64,000 nucleotides of DNA from assembly GCA_965247095.1 (NCBI GenBank), contig OZ251997.1, positions 2,048,001 through 2,112,000 of the forward strand. The letters run 5' to 3'. How positions within the stretch are numbered: the first letter of the stretch is position 1; every line of letters begins with the position of its first letter. Position numbers and translations under genes: made by a program. A model generated the notes under the pieces. It was not told the origin of the DNA and ran no database searches. It worked only from the letters and a program-made list of their open reading frames with translations. Below, piece after piece: positions 54,011-64,000 of this stretch. This DNA comes from Candidatus Multivorans sp. (GTDB lineage Bacteria > Acidobacteriota > Thermoanaerobaculia > Multivoradales > Multivoraceae).

Positions 54011-55441
54011 CTACTCGCCGCCCTCCGCGACCGGCGCGATGTCATCCGCTACTCGCTCGCGTCCCCCGGCGCCCTCGATGCAGTAGAGCCTGGTCTCCGT
54101 CCTCAGCAACAGGCATCCGCCGCCGATCGCGGGCGAGGCGTTGCCCATGCCGTCCTCCAGCCTGTTCTCGGCCAGAAGCTCGAACTCCGCCCCCGCCGCG
54201 ACGACACTGACGCCCTGCTGCCCAGCCGCGTAGATCCGACCCTCGCCGGCGACTAGGGATGAGCGGTACGGACCTTGCGGCAGCCGCCGCCTCCAGAGGA
54301 GTTCACCGGTGAGGGCCCTGTAGCAACTCATCACGCCGAAGTCCGTCATCGTGTACAGGAGCTCGTCCACCAAGAGCGGCGAGCCCGTCTCGGGCACCGC
54401 CTGAGCGTTCCCCCAGAGAAGACTTGGCTCGGACCCCGGCTCACCGGCGACGAAGCTGAACGCCTGGGTCGCCTTGACCGCATGAGCGCCGCCCGACACC
54501 ACGAGCACATCGTTCTCGAACACCGGGCTCGACGCGAGCTGGTTGATCTCGTAGTCCCGAGACCACAGGAGGGCGCCGGTTTCGACATCGTACGCCCGCA
54601 CGAACCACGAGTAGGCGACGATCAGCCGCTCGCCCCGGCGGCCCTTGACGACGAGCGGCGTCGTGTACGTACAGCAAGGGCCTTCCTCTCCGTTCCACTC
54701 GACCTTCCATCTCAGCGCGCCGGTCTCGCGCTCGAAGGCAGCGAGCCAACCGGCGTCCGTCGTCCTCGTGTGGCCCCATTCCCGGTCCTGCAGCACGACG
54801 ACCACGTCCGATGCGAGCACCGGCGAACTCGCCGCCCCGTAACGGGCGTTGGCGGCATACAGGGAATCCACCTCAACCAGCCAATCGACCTCTCCGCTGT
54901 GAAACAGCCGCGCAAGGTGGGAACCGAAGTACACGTACACTCCGCTGCCGTCCGCGGCGGGCGTGGCGGCGGCGTGGGTGTTCAGCCTGTGCTTCGTTTC
55001 GGCCACCGTCGTCGCCACCGGCGTCTCCCACTTCACCGCGCCGCTGACCACATCGATGGCGAGCAGCCAGCGGGAGAACACCCTGCCCGCGGCCTCCGGA
55101 ACGTCTCTCTCGCGACGCGCTTCCGTCAAGTACGCCGTATCGAGCGCCACGATCGGCGACGAGTTCCCCCTGCCTTCGAGCGGCAGCGACCAGCGAACGT
55201 TCTCGCTCTCCGCCGACCACTCGACAGGAAGCGCCGTCGCAGCCGACACGCCAGCCCCACCGGGCCCGCGCCATTCCGGCCAGTCCAGCACCGGCGCCTG
55301 CGCGCAGCCGAGCGCAAGACAAGACACAACAATCCCGACCCGTCTACGGGAGTCGGCTGCCGCGAACCCGCTGCTGCGCGGCACGCTTTGCGCCCGCCAG
55401 CGATCACTGGCTGCGCGCAGGTCGTCCTTCACGCCACGCAC
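54011..55441 (-). CDS. PQQ-like beta-propeller repeat protein (BamB-like; start uncertain)
   Basis: WPEWRGP.G.G, G.SSPIV and ASSP repeats, TG...W motifs, ASPAI....L..RT...LYCI. Confidence 0.82.
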   Translation of the reverse strand: MRGVKDDLRAASDRWRAQSVPRSSGFAAADSRRRVGIVVSCLALGCAQAPVLDWPEWRGPGGAGVSAATALPVEWSAESENVRWSLPLEGRGNSSPIVALDTAYLTEARRERDVPEAAGRVFSRWLLAIDVVSGAVKWETPVATTVAETKHRLNTHAAATPAADGSGVYVYFGSHLARLFHSGEVDWLVEVDSLYAANARYGAASSPVLASDVVVVLQDREWGHTRTTDAGWLAAFERETGALRWKVEWNGEEGPCCTYTTPLVVKGRRGERLIVAYSWFVRAYDVETGALLWSRDYEINQLASSPVFENDVLVVSGGAHAVKATQAFSFVAGEPGSEPSLLWGNAQAVPETGSPLLVDELLYTMTDFGVMSCYRALTGELLWRRRLPQGPYRSSLVAGEGRIYAAGQQGVSVVAAGAEFELLAENRLEDGMGNASPAIGGGCLLLRTETRLYCIEGAGGRERVADDIAPVAEGGE

Positions 55442-55548
55442 TACTGTCCATCCCTCAAGATGCAGTACTCGCGAACAGGAATCTCGGGCAGCGGTGTCAA
55501 ACTCAACTCGAACGCTATCCGCCAGGCATGCTGCACTCCGACGTGCCG

Positions 55549-58200
55549 CTACCAGGTCTCTGGCGCGGAGGTCGCGTCGATCAGGCCGCCTAGGAAGATC
55601 GCGTTCAGGAACAGGCGGTTCGAGCCGTAGAAGTAGGCGCGGAAGTTCGGGTCGTCGAGGAACTGGATCACCACGCCGCGGCCCATCCGGCTGGCGATGA
55701 CGGCCGGCTTGCCGGCAAGCCGGCGCTCGTTCTCGGGCGAAATCCAGCCGCTCAGGCGCGGCGGATCCTGGTACAGGGCAACGTTCTCGAAGGGATCGGG
55801 GCTCGGGGGCAGCACCATCTCGCCGGTGCGGATTGTGGCGAGGTCCGGCCGGCTGTAGCCGTAGGCCAGCGGATGGGTCAGATCGAGCTCGACGCCGACG
55901 ATCGTGCCGGCCATGAGCTGCTCCGCCCGCTGGTCGCGGTAGTCGGCGTAGCGTCGGCGCTCCGACGCCTCGGAAGTGTCCACGTCCTCTGCGTCGGCCA
56001 CCTCGTCCTCAGTAGTCCCTTCCCGGCCCAGGAGTTCGTCGCTGGCCCAGCGGCTCGCCGGACCGATGGCCACCACCGCGCCGCCGCCCCGTACCCAGGC
56101 CTGGAGGCAATCCCGAACTTCCGCCGGCGGCGCGCCGCCGCCGAAGCGGCCGCCGCCGAGAGCCAACACGACGTGCGTGTACCGGTCCAGGTCCACGCCG
56201 CCCAGCGCGGCGAGATCGACCAACGACGCCTCGACGCCGAAGCGCTCGTCGAGCAGATGCCAGGCCTCGCCTACCCGGTACGACGAGGCGCCGGAACCGG
56301 TCACGAGCAGCGGCCGCGGGGCGGCAAGCGGCCGCAGGCTCGGGCTGCCCAGGTCGACCCCGGCCGCTGCCTGACCACTGATCAACCGGTGGACATCGAC
56401 GCCGTCGGCGGCCGCCGCCTCGGCGAGCAGTCCCTCCAGGTCCACCCCGGCGTTGGCGCCTGGCTCGCCCGCCCGGCCGACCGGCACGACGATCGCTCCC
56501 GGTTCAAAGGATTGCGTACCGCCGGCCGTCTCGGCCACGAACGGCCGCACGGCGGCGCGCGTCCGGGCGCCGGCCCGCTGTAGCCGGTTGAGGGCGCGCG
56601 GCGCAAAGTAACCGTCCCACGAGAAGGCGTAGGCGTACACCACGTCGTTCGGCCCAGCATCGCCGAACCGGCCCGGCTCAACCGAGGCATCCGTCACCGG
56701 CGCTCCGAGCATGTCCTGCCGGTAGGCGCCGCCTTCGAGCAGGTCGTACTCGGCGCCGAAGGCGAGCGGCAGCGTCCAGGCCGAGACGTCGTAGAAGACC
56801 GAGTCATTGAACTCGGTCACCTTCTCGAAGAACGACCGGACGAGGGTCGTCTGCGGCTGCTCGAGCGGCACCAGCCAGGACCCGCCGGAGGGATAGGCGC
56901 GACCGTCGAGCGCGATGTCATCCACCGTCCCGTAGACCTCGATCTCGTGACGCAGCAGAAGGTCCAGCATGCGATGGGCCCGCCCGCGGTCGCCGTCGAC
57001 ATGGAACACGTAGGCGGCCGGACCGGACTCCTCCGCTGAGGCCAGAGCGCCGCGGAAGAAGTCGCGCTGGTGCTCCAACAGCTCGAGGCGCTTCGCCACG
57101 CCGCCCTCGACCATGGACATGGAGGCCAGCAGGTGGTTCTTGATCCCGAAACCGAAGGCGAGTTCTCCGTTCGCCGTCTCGATCCGGTGGCCCTCGGCGC
57201 TCGCCTGCTCAAACAGGAAGCCGACCGCGCCGTGAGCGTCCGGGTAGGTCGAACCCTTGCCCAGGTAGAAGTCGTCGAAGCCCTCGCGGCTGTAGTACAG
57301 CCGGCCCATTCCGTCGAACACGGCGGCATGGTGAGCGGCGATCGCCTCTGTCAGCTCCACGTTGCGTTCGGGAATCAGGGGATTCCGCCGACTGGGGACG
57401 CCCGGCTGGAAGAAGAACGTGCTGTTTGCGCCCATCTCGTGGAAGTCGCCCACCAGGTTCGGCTGCCAGGCCTTCCAGGTCGCCATCCGGGCCTGCGACT
57501 CGGGGTGCTGCAGCAGCAGCCAGTCCCGGTTCAGGTCGAACCAGTAGTGGTTCGTGCGTCCGCCCGGCCACGGCTCGCGGTGCTCCCTGTGCCCCGGGTC
57601 GGCATTCACCACCTTGCCCCGATTCGTGTTGGCCCAGTGCGCGAAGCGGCCCAGCCCGTCGGGGTTCAGGCTCGGGTCGATCAGCACCACCGCCCGCTCC
57701 AACTGCTCGGCCACCACTGGCGACAGCGACGCCGCGAGGTGATACGCGACCAGCATCGAGGCGTTCGACCCGCTCGGTTCGTTGCCGTGAATGCTGTAAC
57801 CGAGCCAGATGACGACCGGCAGGCCGTCCAGCTCCGGCGCCGGCAACCGGGGGTCGACCAGACCGCGCCGGTGTTCGCGGATCTCGTCGAGCCGAGCGTG
57901 GTTGCGCGGCGCGGTGATCGCCAGCAGGAGCTGGGGACGCTGTTCGTGAGTCCGCCCCTGCACCGACACCGACACCCGCGCCGACGAGGCCGCCAGCTCC
58001 CGCATGTATGCATTCAACTGATCGGGGCGGACGTGCCAGTCGCCGACCTCGTAACCGAGCACCGTGGACGGTCGTGGGACGTCCGGATCGTAGGCGGCCG
58101 GATCGGCCGCGTCCGGCAGGTAGTACGACAGCTCCTCGGCCGCCGCTGGGCCGCAGAGCAGCAGGAAAACAAGGGGCAATCTGGCGAACCTGGCGAGCAT
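55549..58200 (-). CDS. M14-family zinc carboxypeptidase (secreted)
   Basis: SIHGNE, NPDG, GRTNHYWFDLNRD and DFHEM motifs; signal peptide. Confidence 0.9.
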   Translation of the reverse strand: MLARFARLPLVFLLLCGPAAAEELSYYLPDAADPAAYDPDVPRPSTVLGYEVGDWHVRPDQLNAYMRELAASSARVSVSVQGRTHEQRPQLLLAITAPRNHARLDEIREHRRGLVDPRLPAPELDGLPVVIWLGYSIHGNEPSGSNASMLVAYHLAASLSPVVAEQLERAVVLIDPSLNPDGLGRFAHWANTNRGKVVNADPGHREHREPWPGGRTNHYWFDLNRDWLLLQHPESQARMATWKAWQPNLVGDFHEMGANSTFFFQPGVPSRRNPLIPERNVELTEAIAAHHAAVFDGMGRLYYSREGFDDFYLGKGSTYPDAHGAVGFLFEQASAEGHRIETANGELAFGFGIKNHLLASMSMVEGGVAKRLELLEHQRDFFRGALASAEESGPAAYVFHVDGDRGRAHRMLDLLLRHEIEVYGTVDDIALDGRAYPSGGSWLVPLEQPQTTLVRSFFEKVTEFNDSVFYDVSAWTLPLAFGAEYDLLEGGAYRQDMLGAPVTDASVEPGRFGDAGPNDVVYAYAFSWDGYFAPRALNRLQRAGARTRAAVRPFVAETAGGTQSFEPGAIVVPVGRAGEPGANAGVDLEGLLAEAAAADGVDVHRLISGQAAAGVDLGSPSLRPLAAPRPLLVTGSGASSYRVGEAWHLLDERFGVEASLVDLAALGGVDLDRYTHVVLALGGGRFGGGAPPAEVRDCLQAWVRGGGAVVAIGPASRWASDELLGREGTTEDEVADAEDVDTSEASERRRYADYRDQRAEQLMAGTIVGVELDLTHPLAYGYSRPDLATIRTGEMVLPPSPDPFENVALYQDPPRLSGWISPENERRLAGKPAVIASRMGRGVVIQFLDDPNFRAYFYGSNRLFLNAIFLGGLIDATSAPETW

Positions 58201-58227
58201 GGCGGGAGTGTAGCCCCGAGCCCGGCG

Positions 58228-59706
58228 CTACGAGTCTCTGACCGCGGCGTGCACGTCCTCGAACTCCTCCGCCGCCCCTTCGGGAGGCTTCGTCCACAGA
58301 CTGACGATCACGGTCGCGCCCAGGCCGGCGAGCAGGCCCGGGATCAGTTCGTACAGGTCGTAGTACGACGTCTTGAAGAGCAGCACCCAGGCCACCGTCA
58401 CCGTGAAGCCCGTGAACATCCCGGCCACGGCGCCCGGCAACGTCGTGCGCTTCCAGAACAACGAACAGAGGACCACCGGTACGAAGGCGCCGCCCAGGCC
58501 GGACCAGGCGAAGAGGATGAACCAGAACAGCACCCGGGGCTCCGCCAGAGCGAACGGCAGGGCGATCAACCCGACCAGGACCGTGACGTAGCGGCCGTAG
58601 CGCGTCAGGCGCGCGTCTCCGCCGGTCGCGCCCAGGATCTTCTGCGCGAAATCCCGCACCACGGAGGAAGAGGCGAGGATCAGCAGCGAATCGACCGTCG
58701 ACATGATCGCGCCGAGCACGATGACCAGGAAGATGCCGGTGAAGACGGCCGGGAACAGCTCGGTGCTCATCATCGGCATGACGGTCTCCTGGTCGTCGAG
58801 CATCGGGAACAGAGCCCGCCCGGCGATCCCCGTGAACACCGCGCCGAGGTCGAACAGCACCATGCACACGACCGCGATCGGTCCACCCTTCACCAACTCA
58901 CGGCCCGAGGCGGCGGACATGAAGCGGGTCAGGAGCTGAGGCGCGCCCAGGAAGGCCAGCCCGATACCGGCGAAGCTCGCGGCCGAGAGCACGCCCGGCC
59001 AGGTCGCCCCGTGGCTGCCCATCGCTCGCAGGAGCGCCGGATCCGCCGCCTCGAGTGTGCCGATCACTTCGCCCCAGCCGCCGGCGGCGGCAAAGCCGAC
59101 GATCGGCAGCAGGACCAGTCCGCCGACCATGAGCAGCCCCTGCACCACGTCCGAGTAGGCAACCGCCTTGAAGCCGCCGACGGCGGTGTAGAACACCGTC
59201 ACGACCACCCCCAGCCACACGCCGGCGCCATAGCTGAAGCCAAGGAACGACGAGAACGCCTTGCCCGTCGCGACCAGTTGGGCGCAGCAGTAGACCGTGA
59301 CCATGGACAGGGTGATCGCTATCGAAAGCACCCTGAGGAGGTGATAGCGATCCCGGAACCGCTGCTCCAGGTAGTCGGGAACGGTGATCGCCCGGTAGCG
59401 GTCGGTGTATTCCTTGAACGGGCGCGCGACGAAGGTCCACGCAATCGCCACGCCCATCACCTCGCCGAACACGACCCACAGCGCGTGGAAGCCGACCGCG
59501 TAGCCCATCCCGGTGAGGCCGAGCAGCAACCAGCCGCTCTCGCCCGTGGCGTTCGAACTGAACGCGATCACCCAGGACGGCAGCTTCCTGCCGGCAATGT
59601 AGTAACCCTCGAGGGTCGCCCCCTCGCGCCGGCTCCACAGGCCGAGCCCGAGCAGCACGAGCATGTACAGAGCGAGCGGAATCAGGACCAGGTAGCTCAC
59701 GCTCAT
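58228..59706 (-). CDS. putP: Sodium/proline symporter (SSS family)
   Basis: YYIAGRKL, ESGWLLLGLTG, GGFKAVAYSD, LGAPQLLTRFM, AIMSTVDSLL and AWSGLG motifs. Confidence 0.85.
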   Translation of the reverse strand: MSVSYLVLIPLALYMLVLLGLGLWSRREGATLEGYYIAGRKLPSWVIAFSSNATGESGWLLLGLTGMGYAVGFHALWVVFGEVMGVAIAWTFVARPFKEYTDRYRAITVPDYLEQRFRDRYHLLRVLSIAITLSMVTVYCCAQLVATGKAFSSFLGFSYGAGVWLGVVVTVFYTAVGGFKAVAYSDVVQGLLMVGGLVLLPIVGFAAAGGWGEVIGTLEAADPALLRAMGSHGATWPGVLSAASFAGIGLAFLGAPQLLTRFMSAASGRELVKGGPIAVVCMVLFDLGAVFTGIAGRALFPMLDDQETVMPMMSTELFPAVFTGIFLVIVLGAIMSTVDSLLILASSSVVRDFAQKILGATGGDARLTRYGRYVTVLVGLIALPFALAEPRVLFWFILFAWSGLGGAFVPVVLCSLFWKRTTLPGAVAGMFTGFTVTVAWVLLFKTSYYDLYELIPGLLAGLGATVIVSLWTKPPEGAAEEFEDVHAAVRDS

Positions 59707-59901
59707 GCGGTGCCGCTCCCTGCCGATCCATCCTCGCCACGGCGCCCGCGCCGCGCCTCCGCCCAGCGCCGCAGCAAGTGGAGCGCCGGCCCGGCGCAGA
59801 CCGAGACCACGAGCAGAACCCAGGTCGAGATCGGCAGACCGCGCAACATGGACCGGCAGGCTAGCAGCCGACGGGCCGGCTGCTAGCCTCGGCAACCGCT
59901 C

Positions 59902-62811
59902 ATGCGAACGCTGAACAAGACAATGCGTACCGCCGTTCTGGCCGCCGCGCTGGCGGCGGTCCCCGCTACGCCGACTCGCGCTCAGGACGCCGGCATCAAC
60001 GCCGGCATCGACGAGAGCACCTTCCTCGAGCGTAGCCGGCGCCTGATCTACGAGGGGCGGCGCTCAGGCGAGGGGTACTTCTCCGCCGACGGCGGGCGCC
60101 TGGTCTTCCAAAGCGAGCGGCGCCCCGAGAACCCGTTCTACCAGATCTACCTGCTCGATCTGGCCACCGGCGACACGCGCGAAGTGTCGACCGGCGCCGG
60201 CAAGACAACCTGCGCCTTCATCCGCCCGGACGGATCCGAAATCCTGTTCGGCTCAACCCACCACGACCCGCGCTCGGCCGAACTGCAGCAGCAGGAACTC
60301 GACTTCCGCGCCTCGGGCCAGGAACGCCGTTACGCCTGGGACTACGACCCGGAGATGGATATCTACGCGACGCCGATGCCCGGCGGCGACCCGGTCAGGC
60401 TCACCGATGCCCGCGGCTACGACGCCGAAGGAAGCTACTCGCCCGACGGCGAGTGGATCGTCTTCTCCTCCACTCGGGACGCGTACAACCGAGACCTCAA
60501 CGAGCGCGAAGCGAACCTGCTGGAAGTCGACACCGCCTACTTCGGCGAGATCTACATCATGCGTGCCGACGGTAGCAGCCAGACCCGGCTCACCGACGTG
60601 CCCGGATACGACGGCGGTCCCTTCTTCTTCGCCGACGGTTCCCGGATCGTGTGGCGGCGCTTCAAGGAAGACGGCCTGATCGCCGATGTCTGGTCGATGA
60701 AGCCGGACGGCTCGGACCAGCGCCAACTGACCGACTTCGGGGCCATGAGCTGGGCCCCGTACCAGCACCCCTCCGGGGAGTACATCTTCTTCGCCTCGAA
60801 CAAGCTCGGTTTCGAGAACTTCGAGGTCTTCATCGTCGACACGGAAGGAACGAAGGAACCCGTTCGCGTCACCTACACCGATCGCTTCGATGGACTTCCC
60901 GTTCCCTCACCGGACGGCCGCCAACTCACCTGGACCTCCAGCCGGCACGCCGGCGACGGCGGGCAGCTCTACATCGCCGACTGGAACCACGAGGCAGCGC
61001 TTCAAGCTCTCGGCGGCTCGCCCCTCAGGCAACGCGCCGAAGAACCTCGAACGGTCACCGACCAGGATCTTCCCCGTGACGCCCTCAAGGCGCATGTGGC
61101 CGCACTTGCCTCGCCCGAACTCGCGGGACGGCTGACCGGCTCCGACGGCGAGAAGCTGGCCGCCGAGTACATCGCAACGCAGCTCCGCGAGATCGGCGCC
61201 ACGCCCCTGCCGGGCGAGGACGACCTGCTGCTCGACTTCGAGTTCACGGCGGGGGCTCGCGACATGGGATCGTCGATCCGGATCGAAACGGACGGCGCCA
61301 GTCACAGCTTCGACGACAACACGCAGTTCCAGGCCCTCGGCTTCTCCGACGCGGTCGGGGCGGAGGGTCCGGTGGTGTTTGCCGGCTACGGCATCCGTGT
61401 CCCGGACTCCCAGGACTTCGGCTACGACAGTTACGCCACCCTGGACGTCAAGGACAAGATCGCCGTCGTTCTCCGCTACGTCCCCGAGGACGTCGAGGGC
61501 GAGGCGCGGGCCATCCTCAACCGGTACTCCGGACTTCGCTACAAGGCGCTGACCGCGCGCGAGGCCGGCGCCAAGGCGCTCCTGGTCCTCACCGGGCCGC
61601 GGTCGCCGAACGCCGGCGCCACCGTCCCGATGGCCTTCGACACCGCCGCCGCCGGGTCCGGGATCACCGCAGCCAGCATCGGCGGCAAGGTCGGCGAGGC
61701 GATCTTCGCGGGCGCCGACCGGACCATCGAGGAGATTCAGAAGAGCTTCGACGACGGCAACCCGCACACCGCCGGCTTCGATCTTCCCGGCGTCCGGATC
61801 AGCCTGAACGTCGCGATCGAACGCGAGCGGCGTCAGGCCCACAACGTCGTCGCGGTCCTCGCCGGCGGAGAGGGCGCCAGCCGCGTGAAGCCGTGGGTGG
61901 TGCTCGGCGCCCACTACGACCACCTCGGCCACGGCCGCGGCGGCAACTCCCTCGCCCGCGAGGATGAGACGAACGCGGTTCACCCGGGCGCCGACGACAA
62001 CGCCTCCGGCACCGCCGCAGTGATCGAAGCCGCCCGCCAGTTGCGGGAGATGGGACACGACCGGAACATCGCGGTCGCTCTCTGGTCGGGAGAGGAACTG
62101 GGTCTCCTCGGCTCGGCGGACTTCATCGACGCCCCGGTCATCCCGACCGATCAGATCGCGGCCTACGTCAACCTCGACATGGTCGGGCGGGTCCGCGACA
62201 ACCGCTTGAGTATCCAGGCGCTCGGTTCGAGCCCCGACTGGAACAGTCTGGTCGAGGCCGCCAACGTCCCGGTCGGATTCGACCTCGGCATGCAGACCGA
62301 TCCGTACCTGCCGACCGACAGCTTGAGTTTCAACCGCGCCGGCATTCCCACCGCGAACCTGTTCAGCGGCTCGCACGAGGACTACCACCGTCCCACGGAC
62401 ACCGCGGATCGGATCGACTACGACGAGCTCGAGCGGGTGACGCGCTTCGCCGCCCTGCTCACACGCCGGGCTGCGAACCGAGCCGAGCCGCTCCAGTTCG
62501 CCAAGGTCGAACGCTCGCTCCAGCAGGGCGGCAGCCGCGACACCGTGCGCGCCTACACCGGCACCATCCCCGACTACGCGAGCGAGGTGGAGGGGCTCCT
62601 GCTCGGCGGCGTCATGGAGGGCGGCCCGGCGTCCGCGGCCGGCCTGCAGAGCGGCGACGTGATCGTCGAGTTCGCCGGCCAGAAGATCGCCAACATCTAC
62701 GACTACACCTACGCCCTGGACGCCGTGAAGATCGACGTTCCGATCGAGGTCGGCTACCTGCGCGACGGTGAGCGTCACACGACGACGCTAACGCCGCGGG
62801 CGAGGCGATGA
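59902..62811 (+). CDS. M28 aminopeptidase with TolB/PD40 propeller, PA domain and PDZ domain
   Basis: PD40 repeats (YDAEGSYSPDG); GAHYDHLG, GADDNASG, SGEELGLLGS, NLDMVGR and DYHRPTD; C-terminal PDZ. Confidence 0.92.
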   Translation: MRTLNKTMRTAVLAAALAAVPATPTRAQDAGINAGIDESTFLERSRRLIYEGRRSGEGYFSADGGRLVFQSERRPENPFYQIYLLDLATGDTREVSTGAGKTTCAFIRPDGSEILFGSTHHDPRSAELQQQELDFRASGQERRYAWDYDPEMDIYATPMPGGDPVRLTDARGYDAEGSYSPDGEWIVFSSTRDAYNRDLNEREANLLEVDTAYFGEIYIMRADGSSQTRLTDVPGYDGGPFFFADGSRIVWRRFKEDGLIADVWSMKPDGSDQRQLTDFGAMSWAPYQHPSGEYIFFASNKLGFENFEVFIVDTEGTKEPVRVTYTDRFDGLPVPSPDGRQLTWTSSRHAGDGGQLYIADWNHEAALQALGGSPLRQRAEEPRTVTDQDLPRDALKAHVAALASPELAGRLTGSDGEKLAAEYIATQLREIGATPLPGEDDLLLDFEFTAGARDMGSSIRIETDGASHSFDDNTQFQALGFSDAVGAEGPVVFAGYGIRVPDSQDFGYDSYATLDVKDKIAVVLRYVPEDVEGEARAILNRYSGLRYKALTAREAGAKALLVLTGPRSPNAGATVPMAFDTAAAGSGITAASIGGKVGEAIFAGADRTIEEIQKSFDDGNPHTAGFDLPGVRISLNVAIERERRQAHNVVAVLAGGEGASRVKPWVVLGAHYDHLGHGRGGNSLAREDETNAVHPGADDNASGTAAVIEAARQLREMGHDRNIAVALWSGEELGLLGSADFIDAPVIPTDQIAAYVNLDMVGRVRDNRLSIQALGSSPDWNSLVEAANVPVGFDLGMQTDPYLPTDSLSFNRAGIPTANLFSGSHEDYHRPTDTADRIDYDELERVTRFAALLTRRAANRAEPLQFAKVERSLQQGGSRDTVRAYTGTIPDYASEVEGLLLGGVMEGGPASAAGLQSGDVIVEFAGQKIANIYDYTYALDAVKIDVPIEVGYLRDGERHTTTLTPRARR

Positions 62812-62857
62812 CCCGACCCACCACCTTCCTGACGTAACTCTCCCGGAGGAGACGCAC

Positions 62858-64000
62858 ATGAACCTCACGCGCCGCATCCGACTGTTCTCTGCCCTACTCA
62901 CGCTCCTCGCACTCCTGCCCGGCGCGGCCGCCGATCAGGCCGGGGCGGCGCCGCTGCCGGTCGCCGAGCCGGAGAGCGTCGGCATGTCCAGCGAGCGGCT
63001 GCAGCGCCTCTCCGACGCGATGGCCGGCTACATCGACCGCAAGCAGGTCGCCGGCATCGTCACCCTGGTAGCCCGCCGCGGCAAGGTCGTTCATTTCGAA
63101 GCCCAGGGCGACCGGTGGCCGGAAGAAGGCGCGCCGATGACCCGGGACACGATCTTCCGCATCGCCTCGATGACGAAGCCGATCGCCTCCGTGGCGCTGA
63201 TGACCCTCTACGAAGAGGGCAGGTTCCAGCTTCGCGATCCGATCGCCAAGTACCTGCCCGAATTCGCCGAGATGCAGGTCGCCGTGGCGCCGGACGCCGA
63301 CGAATACCTGGGAGCGCCCTACAAGCTGGTGGGGGCCGCGCGGCCGATCACCGTCCAGCACATCCTGACCCACACCGCCGGCTTCGCGAACAGCTACCGC
63401 GGGCTGGCGAGCGCCGAGTACGCCAAGCTCCGGGAGCAGCGCACACCCGACTCGACGGTCGGCGACTTCGTCTCCGCCCTGGCCGAAGTGCCGCTCGAGT
63501 TCCACGCCGGGGACGCCTGGCAGTACGGCCCTTCCGTCGATGTCGTCGGGCGGCTGGTCGAGGTGCTCTCGGGCCAGACCTTCGACGAGTACCTGAAGGC
63601 GCGGATCTTCGCGCCGCTCGGAATGACCGACACCTATTTCTACCTGCCCGAATCGAAGGTCGACCGTTTCGCCGCGCTCTACCGGCCCGGCGAGGACGGC
63701 ACGATCGTCCTCACCGAGCCGCCGGACTTGAACGCCCGCCAGGTGCGCGAGCCGCACAAGTACTTCAGCGGTTCCGGCGGACTCGTCTCGACCGCCGCCG
63801 ACTACTACCGCTTCCACCAGATGATGCTCTCCGGCGGCGAACTGGACGGGAACCGTGTGCTCGGCCGCAAAACCGTCGAACTGATGACCACGAACCACAC
63901 CGGCGACCACGGCATCTGGCTGCGCGGACCGGGCTACGGCTTCGGTCTCGGCTACAGCGTGGTCACGGACAAGGGACCCTCCGCAATGCCTGCCTCGGTC
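62858..64000 (+). CDS. Serine hydrolase, beta-lactamase family; 3' truncated by window edge and absent from the ORF track
   Basis: GGAGGA SD; signal peptide MNLTRRIRLFSALL...; IFRIASMTKP (SxxK), LTHTAG, WQYG and PLGMTDT motifs. Confidence 0.9.
   Translation, partial: MNLTRRIRLFSALLTLLALLPGAAADQAGAAPLPVAEPESVGMSSERLQRLSDAMAGYIDRKQVAGIVTLVARRGKVVHFEAQGDRWPEEGAPMTRDTIFRIASMTKPIASVALMTLYEEGRFQLRDPIAKYLPEFAEMQVAVAPDADEYLGAPYKLVGAARPITVQHILTHTAGFANSYRGLASAEYAKLREQRTPDSTVGDFVSALAEVPLEFHAGDAWQYGPSVDVVGRLVEVLSGQTFDEYLKARIFAPLGMTDTYFYLPESKVDRFAALYRPGEDGTIVLTEPPDLNARQVREPHKYFSGSGGLVSTAADYYRFHQMMLSGGELDGNRVLGRKTVELMTTNHTGDHGIWLRGPGYGFGLGYSVVTDKGPSAMPASV

Overview
A GC-rich bacterial chromosomal window. 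The gene content (Oar-type TonB receptor, PVC-type heme protein, PD40-PA-M28-PDZ peptidase, FN3/Calx-beta/PKD surface protein) suggests Acidobacteriota, possibly Thermoanaerobaculia; this lineage call is an inference. It holds about 37 genes: lysR-gltB-gltD, hemB, larA, a VapBC toxin-antitoxin pair, tandem Uma2-type PD-(D/E)XK nucleases, several secreted peptidases and hydrolases, a GldAFG-like ABC operon, an SGNH / PVC-type Cu-heme protein / PQQ dehydrogenase operon, and a duplicated TonB receptor + TlpA cassette. No rRNA, tRNA, CRISPR array or transposase was found. Most notable observations: (1) a ~115-aa, 4-Cys C-terminal domain shared by unrelated secreted proteins (two intact copies and one remnant), a candidate sorting or anchoring signal; (2) two Uma2 nucleases, each with an internal SD+ATG that could give a 51-aa C-terminal protein, as in Rpn intragenic antitoxins; (3) many apparently leaderless genes; (4) a 5x26-bp REP-like palindromic array with a dispersed sixth copy; (5) three single-base frameshifts that may be assembly errors. 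Family names come from motif recognition by eye, not from database searches.
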